The position numbers and the translations under genes are program-made. This document shows positions 35,535 to 49,018 of a DNA stretch of 64,000 nt, piece after piece. Positions within the stretch are counted from its first letter, which is position 1. Every line of letters starts with the position of its first letter. This DNA comes from Chiloscyllium plagiosum. Its lineage: Eukaryota. The notes beneath the pieces were generated by a model. It did no database searches. It was given only the letters and a program-made list of their open reading frames with translations, and was not told where the DNA came from. The DNA lies in the NCBI RefSeq assembly GCF_004010195.1, contig NC_057718.1, forward strand, positions 90,169,274 to 90,233,273, read 5' to 3'.

Positions 35535-36159
35535 ACAGACTGGGAGTAGTCAGGCAGGGAGCTATTGAATGCACTTTAGCAGGATATTGTTGCACAGATT
35601 TTGTTTTCATTTGCTCCTGTCAGCTTATTCTATTTTCTTAAATGGAACTGAAGTAGGTTTGATAGAACTGTAGTTGCTTATGTTTGTTTTGCCACTCACT
35701 TGAAATATCACTATAACTGGCCTGCTCCTAATTTACTGCCACTTCCCTAGTGTTGATTTGACTCCCTCGGGGTGACTGATGCTAACGGGGCTTTGCAAAT
35801 AAACTAGCTCAACCCTGGGGTAAGTGCCTTTGATCCTTGAGGATTTCTTCAAGAGGTTTAGGACTTCTAACTCATTTGTATTAAAGATTGTACTGATGTC
35901 TTGTTGCTGAAGTGAACATGTTCTTAATGTCTTCCACTGCAATGTGGGCCTCAGTTTTTAAAATTGTTTCTTTTATGGTTATTGCTGTTGAGGAGGAGAT
36001 GATGAGTTGGTTATATAGAGTCTTGGTTATGGGCCAACTAAAATACTATTCACACTTTTTAAAGCTCCATTCTTCAGAGATGATATATTGGCTATGGAAG
36101 AGGTACAATGTAGATTCATCAGGACAATAGAATTAGAATTAACTTTATTGTCACATTTG

Positions 36160-36492
36160 TCATAGAATCCCTACAGTGTGGAAACAGGCCATTTAGCCCA
36201 ACAAGTCCACACTGACCCTCCGAACAGTAAGCCACTCAGACCCATTCCCCTACACTATTTTCCTATATTTGCTCCTGACTAATACACCTAACCTACTCAT
36301 CCCTGCACACTATGGGCAATGTTAGCCTGTCCAATTCACCCAACCTGCACATCTTTGGATTGTGGGAGGAAACTGGAGCACCCCGAGGAAACTCATGCAG
36401 ACACAGGGGGAATGTGTAAACTCCACATGGTCACCCGAAGCTGGAATTGAACCCGGGTCCCTGGTGCTGTGAGGCAGCAGTGCTAACCACTG
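36160..36492 (-). mobile_element. HE1-type SINE nested in an unclassified element whose minus strand ends tgtgacaataaa
   Basis: HE1 match; host begins ctttattgtcaca near 36143; a similar end occurs near 58140. Confidence 0.8.
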
Positions 36493-36999
36493 GGTCCCTG
36501 CTACCTAAATGAGTACAGTAAAAAGTTTATAAGTCACCACTTATAGCACCATCTTAGGTGCAAAGGTACCTAGCTACAGCTCCTTCAGTTACAAGATCTT
36601 AGAAAAATACAGAAATAATAAGTCCAGCATTGCAGAAATAGAAGTTCAGAACAATGGTCTTCCAACCCAGACCATACTGGCACCTCACCTCCGGTCCACA
36701 GTGGGCCTTGGCTCCAGACTGTGCTGGGCTTCACCTGGAGATTCCTGAGGCTGGGAGATCATTCTGGAATCACCTCGAGACTGGGAATCCAAGCTGAGTC
36801 CATACCAGACTGAGAAATCACCATGTACAACCAGAAGACTGCCACACCAGGCTGAGAGGCCGCCATGCCATGCCGTGCGCCCACATTGGCGGAGGTGGGG
36901 CGTCACTACGCTAGGCCGGGAGGACCCCTCACCCCGTCTGTGCTGAGGCTGGGAGTCATCGGAGGCTGGCAGTGATTGGCATACTGTGCCCCGAAACGT

Positions 37000-37390
37000 A
37001 AACTTATGAGAAGAGTGGAATAGGTTAAAATTTCCCTGAATGTAGATGGTTAAAGGCTGATCCGATCAGGGTGTTTGAAGAATTGACGGGGTTCAGTCAG
37101 ATCAACAGGGAGAGACCATTTCATCTGGTGGCAGAATTCAGAACAAGACGGGGGCACGCCATTTTTGTGAAAAATTAGGAGCAGCTTTTCACCCAAATGT
37201 AGTGGAAATCTGAATTCCCCTCCCCCAAAATAGCAGCAATGTTCATGCCAGAGATCAACAGATTTATAATACGTTTGGGCATTTTTAGAATATGTGTCAA
37301 AGCAGAGCCAATGGGATTGAGGTACAGATCAGTCAAGATCTAATTGAATGGCGGGACAGGCTTGAAGGCCTGAATGGCCTATTCATGTTT
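37000..37390 (+). mobile_element. Older CR1-type LINE 3' fragment
   Basis: Tail gatctaattgaatggcgggacaggcttgaaggcctgaatggcct. Confidence 0.65.
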
Positions 37391-37693
37391 ATACAAGCAT
37401 TTTGAAAGTCCTCAAAAACATGCTGCTCTTGGAAAATGGACAAATTTCAATAGTGAGAGTTTTGCTCTCAGATCTAACAATATATGAGGCAGTTCCCTGT
37501 ATATGTTTTACAAGTAACTGTTAACCTTATTTGGAGAATTTGGGTACTCCGCAGTCTACCGAGTGAATAGCATTTTCATTTGCTCCCAAACGTGCAAAAT
37601 GGAGATAAGAGCGAATTGCAAAGTCAAGCCAACAATCTTATTATTTAAAGCTGAACTCTGGGTGTCCTGATTGTCCAGGCTGAAGTTATTTAC

Positions 37694-37707
37694 GTTGCTA
37701 TGGCAAC
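37694..37707. promoter_or_regulatory. RFX X-box motif
   Basis: GTTGCTATGGCAAC, one base from the ideal palindrome GTTGCCATGGCAAC; non-repeat context. Confidence 0.5.
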
Positions 37708-37941
37708 TGATTCAGTGGAGGATTATTTTTGCAAAAGCAGGTCAGAAAAGTTCGGAAGGTCGTGTTTCACCTACAGCTGGGAATGTTCTTACTGTCAGAA
37801 TAGCAAAATAGCAGAGTTAAAGCACAGAAGGAGGACGTTGAACCTTAGGCTGGTTCCATGAAAAGAACGATCAAATTAGTCTCCCTCTTCTGTTTTTTTT
37901 CTCCCACATTGCTGTAATGTCTGTGTTCTCCTCAAGGATTG

Positions 37942-38132
37942 ATAGGTGAATTGGCCACGCTAACATTGCCCATAGTGTTCAGGGGTGTGTAGGTTCGGTG
38001 CATTAGTCAGGGGTAAATGTAGAGTAATAAGAAAGGGGAGTGGGTCTTGGTGGGTTACTCTTCTGAGGGTCGGTATGGACTTGTTGGTCCAAACGGTCTG
38101 TTTCCACACTGTAGGGATTCTAATTCTAATTC
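37942..38132 (+). mobile_element. HE1-type SINE, 3' half
   Basis: Core and tail gggattctaattctaatt. Confidence 0.8.
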
Positions 38133-38905
38133 TTCTAATGCTAATCTACAAATCTTGCTGCATTTAAACAAGAATAAGTTATTTCATGTCACCCCCTTGT
38201 TCTTTCGCTAGTCTCTTAAATCTGTGTCCCCTTGAAACAGTTGCTCCTTTGTTACTGAACCAAAACACTTCATTATTTGGATAGCTCTATTAAATTTCTC
38301 TGAGAACTTCCCCTGCTCTAAGGACAGCACTCCGAACTTCTCTCGTCTTCCCCCACTTTGATAGGTGCACAGATCGGGATGAACAGCCGAATGGTCAAGT
38401 GAATAAAGTAATATTTTCACCAAATCCGCAATGCAAGTCATGTCATCTGGTTAATTCAGTGGTAATGCCCAAAGATTATGTGACATGATACAGTGACAGT
38501 GTCAACAAGTGACTCACAGTTAGATTGGATCTCAAAATTCAGTTAAACCATTCTTCCTGACACAACAGATCAACTTCAATTCCTCTAACTCTGAGCAAAC
38601 CCCAGGCTCTATAGACTGCCGACTTTATTAATTTCTCACCACATGCCTTGTGATTGTTCCCTGTATTATCCTTTACCAGACTGTATGTATTTGTTTTTGC
38701 ACAATTGCTGAATACCTCTAAATTCGTTGTGTTAAAACTGACTGCTAGCTGCAATCAATTCTTCAAAACAAACGTCAGCATAATTTTGCACAGAATGTGA
38801 ACAGAAGGGAAACTATGGATCCTATAAGGTCCATATAGAGGTATCCAACTTATACTGCCTTACCTCTAGTCTGGTAAATTGTTTACCTCTCAAGTTTTTT
38901 ATATT

Positions 38906-39239
38906 TAGAATCCCTACAGGTGTGGAAACAGGCCATTTGGCCCAACAAGTCCACACTGACCCTCCGAAGAGTAACCCACCCAGACCCATTCCCCTACCCT
39001 ATATTTACCCCTGACTAATGCACCTAACCTACACATCCCTGAAAATTATGGGCAATTTAGCATGGCCAATTCACCTAACCTGCACATCTTTGGACTGTGG
39101 GAGGACACCAGTGCACCTGGAGGAAACCCACGCAGCCAGGGGGAAGAATGTGCAAACTCCACACAGACAGTCACCCGAGGCTGGAATTGAACCTGGGTCC
39201 CTGGTGCTGTGAGGCAGCAGTGCTAACCATTGAGCCACT
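38906..39239 (-). mobile_element. HE1-type SINE
   Basis: Full-length match. Confidence 0.9.
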
Positions 39240-39769
39240 CCTTTGAATGTGTGAGCAATGAATCTGATTCCAGATCCCAGCAGTGTGCTTTATGTGTTAA
39301 TAAAAATCCTCTTCTGCTGACTGTTTTGTCTCTCCTCTTAATCTGTGTCCTTCTTGTCAGTAATTCTCCTCCCACTGGAAGCAATTTCACCTGCATTACG
39401 CTATCGAAACCGTCCATGATTTTAAAACTCCAGTCATATTTTCCCTATGCCTTCCCCGTTCTAAAGAGAACAACCTTGGTTTCTCTAGTCTCTACACATA
39501 CCTGAAGTCTCACAGCCCCAGTACCATTCGAATAAATTTCTTCTGTGCCCTCTCCAAGGTCCTGAAACCTTTTGCACAGTGCAGTGAGCAGACTCCATTA
39601 ACAAAGGCTTAAGCATTTGTAGGCATTTAGCGTAGCTTCCTTTCATTTGTGCTCTGTTGCTAAAGCCACGGATCTCAAATGCTTTTTACTAACAGCCTAC
39701 TCGGGTCGTGTTTCCACCTTCAAAGCTTTGCGTATATACAGCCCCAAGTCTCTCTGATCATGTCTCCCC

Positions 39770-40240
39770 TTTCAAAAGATTTACAAAGGTGCTGCCAGGG
39801 TTGGAGGATTTGAGCTATCGGGAGAGACTGAACAGGCTGGGGCTGTTTTCCCTGGAACGTCAGAGGCTGAGGGGTGACCCTATAGAGGTTTACAAAATTA
39901 TGAGGGGCATGGATAGGATAAATAGACAAAGTCTTTTCCCTGGGGTTGGGAGAGTCCAGAACTTGAGGGCATAGGTTTAGGGTGAGAGGGGAAAGATATA
40001 AAAAGGACCTAAGAGGCAACCTTTTCACACAGAGGGTGGTACGTGTATGCCAGAGGATGTGGTGGAGGCTGGTACAATTGCAACATTTAAGAGGCATTTG
40101 GATGGGTATATGAATAGGAAGAGTTTGGAGGGATATGGGCCGGGTGCTGGCAGGTGGGACTAGATTGAGTTGGGATATCTGGTCGGCATGGACAGATTAG
40201 ACTGAAGGGTCTGTTTCTGTGCTGTACATCTCTATGACAA
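39770..40240 (+). mobile_element. CR1/HER1-type LINE 3' fragment
   Basis: KRFTKVLPGLEDLSYRERLNRLGLFSLE. Confidence 0.9.
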
Positions 40241-41499
40241 TGACATTGCTGATGTTGCGTCTCTTTGGTCTCCCTATCAAAGTGGATCGTATGATAACAT
40301 ACAGCATTACATTCAACTTATAGCTGATAAACAGGTCAATCAGCCCAACCAGTCATTCTGTAAAAGAATTCCCTTCTATCCTCATAAATCCAGATTTATC
40401 AGCATGGCCCTCTATTCCTTCCTATCTCTCTCTTTCTCTATTTCTCTCTCTCTTTCCCCTCTGTTAGCCTAGCCTTCTTTTCAATGTTTGTGCCTTTTTC
40501 AGCTCAACCGTTCACCTTGGTCGCAATTTCTGCATTGGATGAAGAATTTTCTTTTGAATTCCCCACTGGATTTCTTGGTGACTGTCTTATATTGATGTCT
40601 TTAAGTTTTAATCCTCCCTCCCTGTGTTTACTTTATCAAAACATTTCATAATTTCATGACCCCCCCATGTTATGCCACCACTCTGCCTTTTCATCAAGTG
40701 AAAGGGACCCAGTCCTTTCCCCCTTTCTGGTCAGAGTAACCTTGCATTTCTGGAACATACTTGTGTGAATTTTTCTTGCCCTCTCTCCAGTTTCTCAATG
40801 CCTTTTTCATGATACCAGAACAGTGTACAGCATTCCAAGGTTGGTCTAAGCAAGGTTCAAATGCTGGTTCAACATAACATCCCGACTTATTAATTCTATC
40901 CCTCTCAAAACAATGTCTCGTGTTCGTTTTATTTAAACATGTACAAATGCTCGCAGATCAGCTTTTGACGGAAAGCTTCAGAATGAATGTTGCATAAAAG
41001 GGTGGCATTTGTTGTTGCAAACTTATTTTTCTATCTCTGTTTTCGCTTCCACCCTCAGCCTTCCTGAGGGATGGAGTAGGGTAAAGAATTAAAGACTATG
41101 GTTTGAATCTCCTGAGGAGTGGTAATCACAGTGGGATGGGTCAGAATGGATTGTCAGGCCATGGGGGTGGGGGGGAACGAGTCACATCAGATCTGGGGGG
41201 GATCCTCTTGGGGAGAGGGGTGTTGCTCAGGGTCAGAGGGGCAGTTGAGGCAGGCAGGTTTGTGTACTTACCCAGGTATTAGGCATTGTTTTAACATTAC
41301 CTGATTTAGTAAGTCCAAATTGGAACTATCCCAAGTCTAATTTGGAGACTTGCTCCCAGGGAGCTGGGGATTGGCTTCGGAAGTTCAGATTTCCTGGACC
41401 TTTCCTGTGAAATCAATGTGCGTGGCCTTCTGTGAGTCCCCATGTGCTTAAGTCTGTTTTCTGATTATCAGGGACCAGAAATGTGATACAATGAGAATG

Positions 41500-43535
41500 A
41501 ATATGTGTGGAGCTGCAGAAAATGGGGGAGATACTAAATGAGTATTTTGCATCAGTATTTACTGTGGAAAAGAATATGGAAGATATACACTGTAGGGAAA
41601 TAGATGGTAACACCTTGCAAAATGTCCAGATTACAGAAGAGGAAGTGCTGGATGTCTTGAAATGCATAAAGGTGGATAAATCCCCAGGACTTGATCAGGT
41701 GTACCCTAAAACTCTGTGGGAAGCTAGAGAAGTGATTGCTGGGCCTCTTACTGAGATATTTGTATCATTGATACTCACAGGTGAGGTGCCGGAAGACTGG
41801 AGGTTGGCAAATGTGGTGCCACTGTTTAAGAAGGGCGGTAAGGACAAGGGAACTATACAGCAGTGAGCCTGACATCGGTGGTGGGCAAGTTGTTGGAGGG
41901 AATCCTGAGGGACAGGATGTACATGTATTTGGAAAGGCAAGGGCTGATTAGGGATAGTCAACAAGGCTTTGTGCGTGGGAAATCCTGTCTCACAAAATTG
42001 ATTGAGTTTTTTTGAAGAAGTAACAAGATTGATGAGGGCAGAGCAGTAGATGTGATCTATATGGACTTCAGTAAGGCATTTGACAAGGTTCCCCATGGGA
42101 GGTTAGATTAGATTACTTACAGTGTGGAAACAGGCCCTTCGGCCCAACAAGTCCACACCGACCCTCCGAAGCGCAACCCACCCAGACCCATTCCCCTACA
42201 CCTAACACTACGGGCAATTTAGCATGGCCAATTCACCTAACCTGCACATTTTTGGACTGTGGGAGAAACTGGAGTACCCGGAGGAAACCCACGCAGACAT
42301 GGGGAGAATGTGCAAATTCCACACAGTCAGTCGCCTCAGGCAGGATTTGAACCTGGGTCTCTGGCGCTGTGAGGCAGCAGTGCTAACCACTGTGCCACTG
42401 TGCCGCCCACTGGTTAGCAAGATTAGATCTCATGGAATACAGAGAGAACTAGCCATTTGGATACAGAACTGGCACAAAGGTAGAAGACAGAGGGTGGTGG
42501 TGGAGGGTTGTTTTTCAGACTGGAGGCCTGTGACCAGTGGAGTGCCACAAGGATCGGTGCTGGGCCCTCTAATTTTTGTCATTTACATAAACGATTTGGA
42601 TGCGAGCATAAGAGGTAAAGTTAGTAAGTTTGCAGATAACAGCAAAATTGGAGATGTTGTGGACAGTGAAGAAGGTTACCTCAGATAACAATAGGATCTT
42701 GATCAGATGGGCCAATGGGCTGAGAAGTGGCAGATGGAGTTTAATTCAGATAAAGTGTTGCATTTTGAGAAAGCAAATCTTAGCAGGACTTATTCACTTA
42801 ATGGTAAAGTCCTAGGGAGTGTTGCTGAGCAAAGAGACCTTGCAGGTTCATAGCTCCTTGAAATTGGAGTCGCAGGTAGATAGGATAGTGAAGGTTTTTG
42901 ATATGCTTTCCTTTATTGGTAAGAGTATTGAGTACAGGAGTTGGGAGGTCATGTTGCAACTCTACAGAACATTGGTTAGGCTAAAGTTGGAATATTGCAT
43001 GCAATTCTGGTCTCCTTCCTATCAGAAAGATGTTGTGAAACTTGAAAGGGTTCAGAAAAGATTTACAAGGATGTTGCCATTGTTGGAGGATTTGAGCTAT
43101 AGGGAGAGGCTGAACAGGCTGGGGCTGTTTTCCCTGGAGCTTTAGAGGCTGAGGGGTGACCTTATAGAGGTTTACAAAAACATGAGGGGCATGGATAGGG
43201 TAAATAGACAAAGTCTTTTCCCTGGGGTCAGGGAGTCCAGAACTAGAGGACATAGATTTAGGGTCAGAGGGGAAGGATATAAAAGAGACCTAGGGAACAA
43301 ATTTTTCACACAGAGGATGGTACGTATGTGGAATGAGCTGCCAGAGGAAGTGGTGGAGGCTGATACAAGTGCAACATTTAAAAGGCATTTGGTTGGGTGT
43401 ATGAATAGGAAGAGTTTGGAGGGATATGGGCCGGGTGCTAGGAGGTGGAACTAGATTGGGTTGGGATATCTGGTCGGAATGGACGGGTTGGACCGAAGGG
43501 TCTATTTCCATGCTGTACATCTCTCTGACTCTATG
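41500..43535 (+). pseudogene. Longest CR1/HER1-type LINE copy: 5'-truncated ORF2 (RT) with stops and frameshifts
   Basis: LNEYFASVFT, DKSPGLD, VPEDWRLANVVPLFKKG, DFSKAFDKV, SGVPQGSVLGP, SKFADN, LERVQKRFTRM, intact 3' tail. Confidence 0.92.
42102..42408 (-). mobile_element. HE1-type SINE (young) inserted in CR1 RT
   Basis: Splits ccccatgggag|actggttagcaag; an empty-site equivalent is seen at about 51370-51392. Confidence 0.92.
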
Positions 43536-43569
43536 AATATGGTATGTTGGAGACATATATCATAATGTA

Positions 43570-44135
43570 ACCAAGAGCAGAGATATACTGCTGAGGCTGT
43601 ATATGATTCTGGCCAGTCCCCATTTGGAATATTGTGAGCAGTTTTGGGCCCCGTATCTAAGAAAGGATGTGTTGGTATTCATGGAGGTTTACAAGAATGA
43701 TCCCAGGAATGAAGAGATACGAAGAGCAGTTGAGGACTCTGTGTATGTACTCGATGAAGTTTAGAAGGATTGGGAGTGGGGGGGGGGGGGTGATCGAATT
43801 GAAACTTAGACAATACTAAGAGACTTAGAGAGAGTGAACATAGAAAGGAGAGACTGTGACCCAAGGGCACAAAATGAAGGGACTACCCCTTAGAACTGAG
43901 ATGAGCAATTTCTTCAGCCAGAAGGTGGTGAATCTGTGGAACCCATTGCTGCAGAAGGCTGTGGAGACCAAGTCATTGAGTGTATTTAAGACAGAGATAG
44001 ATAGGTTCTCAGGTAGTAAGGGGATCAACGGTTACAGGGAGAAGGTAGGAGAATGGGTTTGAGAAACATGTTAGCCATGAGCGAATGGTGGAGCAGAGCT
44101 GAATGGCCTAGTTGTGCTCCAATATCTTAGTGTGT
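43570..44135 (+). mobile_element. CR1-type LINE 3' fragment, different subfamily
   Basis: TQGHKMKGLPLRTEMSNFFSQKVVNLWNPL. Confidence 0.8.
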
Positions 44136-44751
44136 TATAGCAACAGTGTTATCAGCTGTCATGTACAAGAGGCTGTGAAGGAAGGAAGGTCTAGTCTGTA
44201 CTAGTGAGAGGTGCACTTACAAAGAACAGTGTGACATACAATAAAAGAGTTTGCAAAAGCTGACTAGGTTTGAACAGCACTTTCTCACAGATAAAGGAAA
44301 TCATTACAGACCACAGTCAAGCAGAAGAGAGTGCTAGCCACAAGCTGTGTGGCAACACAAGATTTGGATCAATGTCTATTCTTCGAATTTCCTCCCCACG
44401 ATGAAGGGATTAGGGTCTTCGCTGGCAACAATTCTGTTAGCATGAGGTTCAATGTTCCTCTGAGCCACAAACATTTCTTCAGAATTCCAGTCAATCTCAG
44501 AGTCAGAAATCCAGGAGTAAATTTGTGACAGCAGAAGAAACTCACGATCCAGATACTCTGGAAACTAAATACTGGTGCACGCAGTCAACAAACTGTCAAC
44601 ACTGCTCAGAAAGGTTTCCATCAAGTTGCCCAGAAAAGTATTCTTTTCCTTGCTAGGGCTGGTAGTCACCTTGATACCGAAACAGGCTATTTCCTAGGAT
44701 AGCCAGTATCACTTATTTCTGTGTCTTGAGTCGTACATCCAACTCCTTGTT

Positions 44752-44994
44752 TCCAGCCTTGGGCGACTGTCTGGGTGGAGTTTGCACATTCTCCCCCTGT
44801 CTGCTCTGGTTTCCTCCCATGATCCAAAGATGTGCAGCTTAGGTGAATTGGCCATGCTAAATTGCCCATAGTGTTCAGGTATGTGTGGGTTAGGGGTAAA
44901 TGTAGAGTAGTATGGTAGGGTGGGTTACTCTTCGGAGAGTCGGCGTGGACTTGTTGGGCCAAATGGCCTATTTCCACACTGTAGGGATTCTATG
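44752..44994 (+). mobile_element. HE1-type SINE, 5'-truncated
   Basis: Core and tail match. Confidence 0.85.
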
Positions 44995-45800
44995 AACTTA
45001 TGAATATGATCGTGTCAATGATGCATTAATGATCATGGATGTACCACAGTGTAATTGAAGCGAGTTCACTTTTCTTTCTATTTTATTTTAAAAGCCATGA
45101 AATGCTGCACGATAATGTTTATGTTATAGCTCAGGAATTATTGGTGATCATATCTGTGAACATTTGTACAAATAGTTTGTTAAGAATGTTACTCCTGTCA
45201 TTGTCTGTGCTGTTTGTTTATCTCACTTGCACTGAGTGTTAAGGTACTGATGAAAAGCAAATGAAACAGTTATTGCATTCTTCCAAGGAGAACAAATTTG
45301 GTGGGGCAAGTGACTCAGATTTCCCTCTTTGAAAATAGATGTCTCAATTTTGCAATTTGAGTGGACAAAGCAAGATGGTGGGTGTGCAGCCTGGCTCTAT
45401 CTACCTGCACCTCACTAACTAACTTGGCAGGCAAACATTTTGTAGCTAAAAATTACAGGGAGCTGCTCTAACTGACAGCAAAACATTCTGATATGCAAAA
45501 TCTGAATTATTGTATTTCATTTATAGAAGCCAAGCGTTTGCCAGAGTGGAGAAATTTTTCTAAGATACTGTTGCTCACCGAATACGAGTGTCTTATATTG
45601 ATGAACTGCACTGAGAAATGTCTGTAATACCATAACTTGTTTCCCAGTTCTTAATCTTAATTACCAGAGATAGGTGGCGTAACCTTTGGTGGGAAAGGTA
45701 GAAGCCAAGTTTCTCAGAACACAAATGATTGGAAGTTTGCAAAAGGAAACCAGTGATTAGATTTTGCAAAGTCTTTTGTGCAATGCCAAGACAGGAAAAG

Positions 45801-46374
45801 CATAGAATCCCTACAGTGTTGAAGTGGACCATTTGGCACAACGGGTCCACACACACATTCCGAAAGACAACCCGCCCAGGAACCCACACCACCACCTCCA
45901 CCCACTCCCCCCACTCCCCCAAATCCCTAAACTCGGCATTTCCCATGTGGGTTTGTTTGCTTCAAGTGCCCCTTCAATTTCCTTTTCCTGTCATCGGTTG
46001 TTTCCATTTGTGAAAGGCAAGTTCCAAATATAGAACCCCTACAGTGCGGAAAGAGGCCATTCTGCCCATTGAGTCTGCACTGATCCTCTGAAAAGCATTC
46101 CACCAAAACCCATCCACCACCCTATAGCTCTAACCCTGCATTTCCCATGGCTAACCCACCTAGCCTGTACATCCCTGGACACTATGGGCAATTTAGCACG
46201 GTCTATCCACCCAACCTGCACGTCTTTGGACTGTGGGAGGAAACCGGAGCACCTGGAAGAAACCCATGCAGACACGGGGAGAATGTGCAAACTCCACACA
46301 GACAGTCGCCTGAGGCTGGAATTGAACCCATGTTCCTTGTGCTGTGAGGCAGCAGTGCCAACCACTAAGCCACA
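45801..46374 (-). mobile_element. Two HE1-type SINE copies (45801-45948 partial; 46030-46374 full)
   Basis: Tails catagaatccctacagtg / tagaaccctacagtg; head near 46370. Confidence 0.85.
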
Positions 46375-48011
46375 TATTACCCAATCAAAGTTAAATTGTA
46401 ACTTGTGAATAATTGACATGGAATGGGTTGCAGGACAGTGCAATAAATAATGTTTCTGTTGAACCAAAAGTAAAGGAACTGGGATATTTCTTGACTGAGA
46501 AGTGAGTATAAAGATTTTTTTGAAAACAAGATTGGGGTGGCACCATTTGTTCCAAGCATATGAATTGGGAGTAAGAGCTGGCCATTTGACCCCTCAATCT
46601 GCTTCTGCCATTTGACAAGATTACGGTTGATCCAATTATGATCTCAATTCCATCTTCCCACTTGTCCCCAATAACTTTTGATGTCCACGTCCATCCAACA
46701 TCTTACTCGGCCTTAAAGAATATTGGCCCAGATCTTCTGAGAGCAAGTGTGTCATCACAGCAGTGTAGACTGGAGTTGTGCATTGGGACAATGTGGAAGT
46801 CCCAAACCAACCAATTACACAGGAATGGTCCAGGAAATCTTCAATGAGCAATTTCCCCACATCTGGAATTCTGTCTAACATGGTCCCCAACTCTGAATTA
46901 GATTTTAGAGACTTTGACTTGTTTCAATATACTTAGCTCGATAGTTACTTAGGAGAAGTTAGGGGAGTTAAAATTTCTGGTTAACTGTTAAACTAACCAC
47001 CCTTTCTTGATCTCGTGCAAATTCCTGATGGACCCCAGACCCAACAAAACATCCCAACCCCTCCCTCCTCTTCCACCTCTCCCCATACCCCCAATATCCT
47101 GACCTGACCTATCCAACTGCCAATGAAGTCATCTACCAACTCATTATGCTCCCGATTGACCAGCCTGATACTCAAACCCCTTAGTCACAAACCTTACCCC
47201 TGAACCCGATCCCACTTAATTCTTTCATCAAATGCATTCTCTGGAAATCTTTAAACAACATTGAGTGTTAAAATGAATGAGAGAACTAAATTGCACTTCG
47301 AATTACTCAGTAATGATAACATTAAATCATTAAAAGAAATTTGAAACCCTTTCCGTTTACAATTGATGAAGAAAACTAGCATTAAATCTCTAAAAGGGAC
47401 AGGAAATATAATAAGTTATGTAACACTGACAAATATAATTCATCACACTTTTCTCTAGGTTAATCTGTAGAGCGTTGATTGGTGCCCTTCAGGGATATTG
47501 TCTCTGGCATCATGGACAACGTGCCAAGGCAAGACTGCCCACAAAACAAAATGTTCAAAATCTCCTGGACACTTCTTGATATGATTAATGCTGGATGTAT
47601 CTGTTCCAATGGTAATCAAAAGTCCTGGGTCATTCAATGACTCTGTCTCCCTTGCTCTCTGGGGAAGTGAATTTACAGGCCAACACCCCTCTGATAGGAG
47701 CAGATTTCTCCTCACCTCCATCTTAAATGGAGATGTCTTCTTTTTAAAATGTGGTTGTAGTCTCTCCCACAACCTCCCCTTGGCATCCATCCTGTCACAT
47801 CCCCTGGGGATTTTAATGTTTCCATAAGATTGCCTCCCAATCTTCTAAACCCCGATGGATGTAGGTCCAGTTTTTCCAACTAAGCCCTTGCTCCCAGGAA
47901 TCATTCGTGTGAACTTTTTCTGAACTTCTTCTGATGGTATTACTTTTTAAAATTCATTTGTGGGACGTGGGCACTGTTGGCTGGCCAACAATCAGTGCCT
48001 GTTCCTATTGC

Positions 48012-48300
48012 ATAGAATCATAGAGTTATATAGCACAGATAAACACTTTGGTCCAACTCATTCCCGTTGAACAGATTTCCTTAATTAATCTAGACCAATT
48101 TTCCAGCATTTGGCCCATATCGCTCTGAACTCTTCCTATTCATACACCCATTCAGATACCTTTTAAATGTTGTAATTGTTCCAGCCTCATGCACCATCCT
48201 CTGCGTGAAAAAAGTTGTCCCTTAGATAGCTTTTAAATCTTTCCCCTCTCACCTTAAACCTTTGCCCTCTAGTTTCCTACCCTGGGGAAAAGATCTTGCC
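48012..48300 (-). mobile_element. CR1/HER1-type LINE 3' fragment
   Basis: Reverse complement of the common CR1 tail. Confidence 0.8.
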
Positions 48301-48853
48301 TGGTCTTTTCTCAAGTCAGAAACCTGAAGTTGCATTCTGGACATGGTCTCCTTAATACCCAACACAATCCTTCTACACAATTATTTTCCATTCTCCTTGA
48401 AATAAGTGACAACATTCCACTGACTTTCCTTATCACTTGATGTAGCTGTACATTGAACATCAAACCAGTCAGGACCTAATGCACCTCAGAGCTTTGCAGT
48501 CTTTCTCCATTTAAATATTGTATTGCTTTTCTATTCTTCCTACCGAGATGGAACAGTTCATAATGTCCAGCCCTCACCTGCCTTTGGAAAGGTGCTGGTG
48601 ATATGTTGCTCCTGTGGTAGAAACCCCCTGGATTTCCATCCAGCGACAATATGTGTGACATAAAGGGAGCTGTGGAGGTAGTGGTGTTCCCATAAACCTG
48701 CCGCCCATGTCCTTGTTGGTGGTAGAGGTTGCTGGTTTGTGAGCTGCTCTTGATGATGGGGCATGGGAGAGAATGAGAGATGACAGTTAGATGGCAGAGT
48801 GAGTGAGGTCTTCAACCTCTGTGAGGATGGGGGGAGGGGGGTGCTGTACAGCA

Positions 48854-48867
48854 ATTACCATGGCAAC
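48854..48867. promoter_or_regulatory. RFX X-box-like motif upstream of the DTD1 exon
   Basis: ATTACCATGGCAAC; first base mismatches the consensus. Confidence 0.3.
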
Positions 48868-49018
48868 TGTGGGCCTGAACTCTGCTGGGATCCCCAGCTC
48901 CTGCCCATCTCTTTAGGAAAGGTGAGGTGATACCTCCCGATGACCTCAAAGGTGTTGAAGCACGTGACAAAGTGTCACGCTGTTTATCGAATAAAGATTC
49001 TCTTTTGTGTACCTGCAG

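Noticed and set aside
41000..41420. GC-skewed unclassified blocks (also 24290-24500, 46770-47200, 56080-56370, 62640-62940)
   Set aside because: They look like old repeat remnants, but I could not define termini or family, so they are not annotated.
41500..43535. Active LINE
   Set aside because: 5'-truncated, with stops, frameshifts, altered catalytic motif (FADN) and a SINE insertion.
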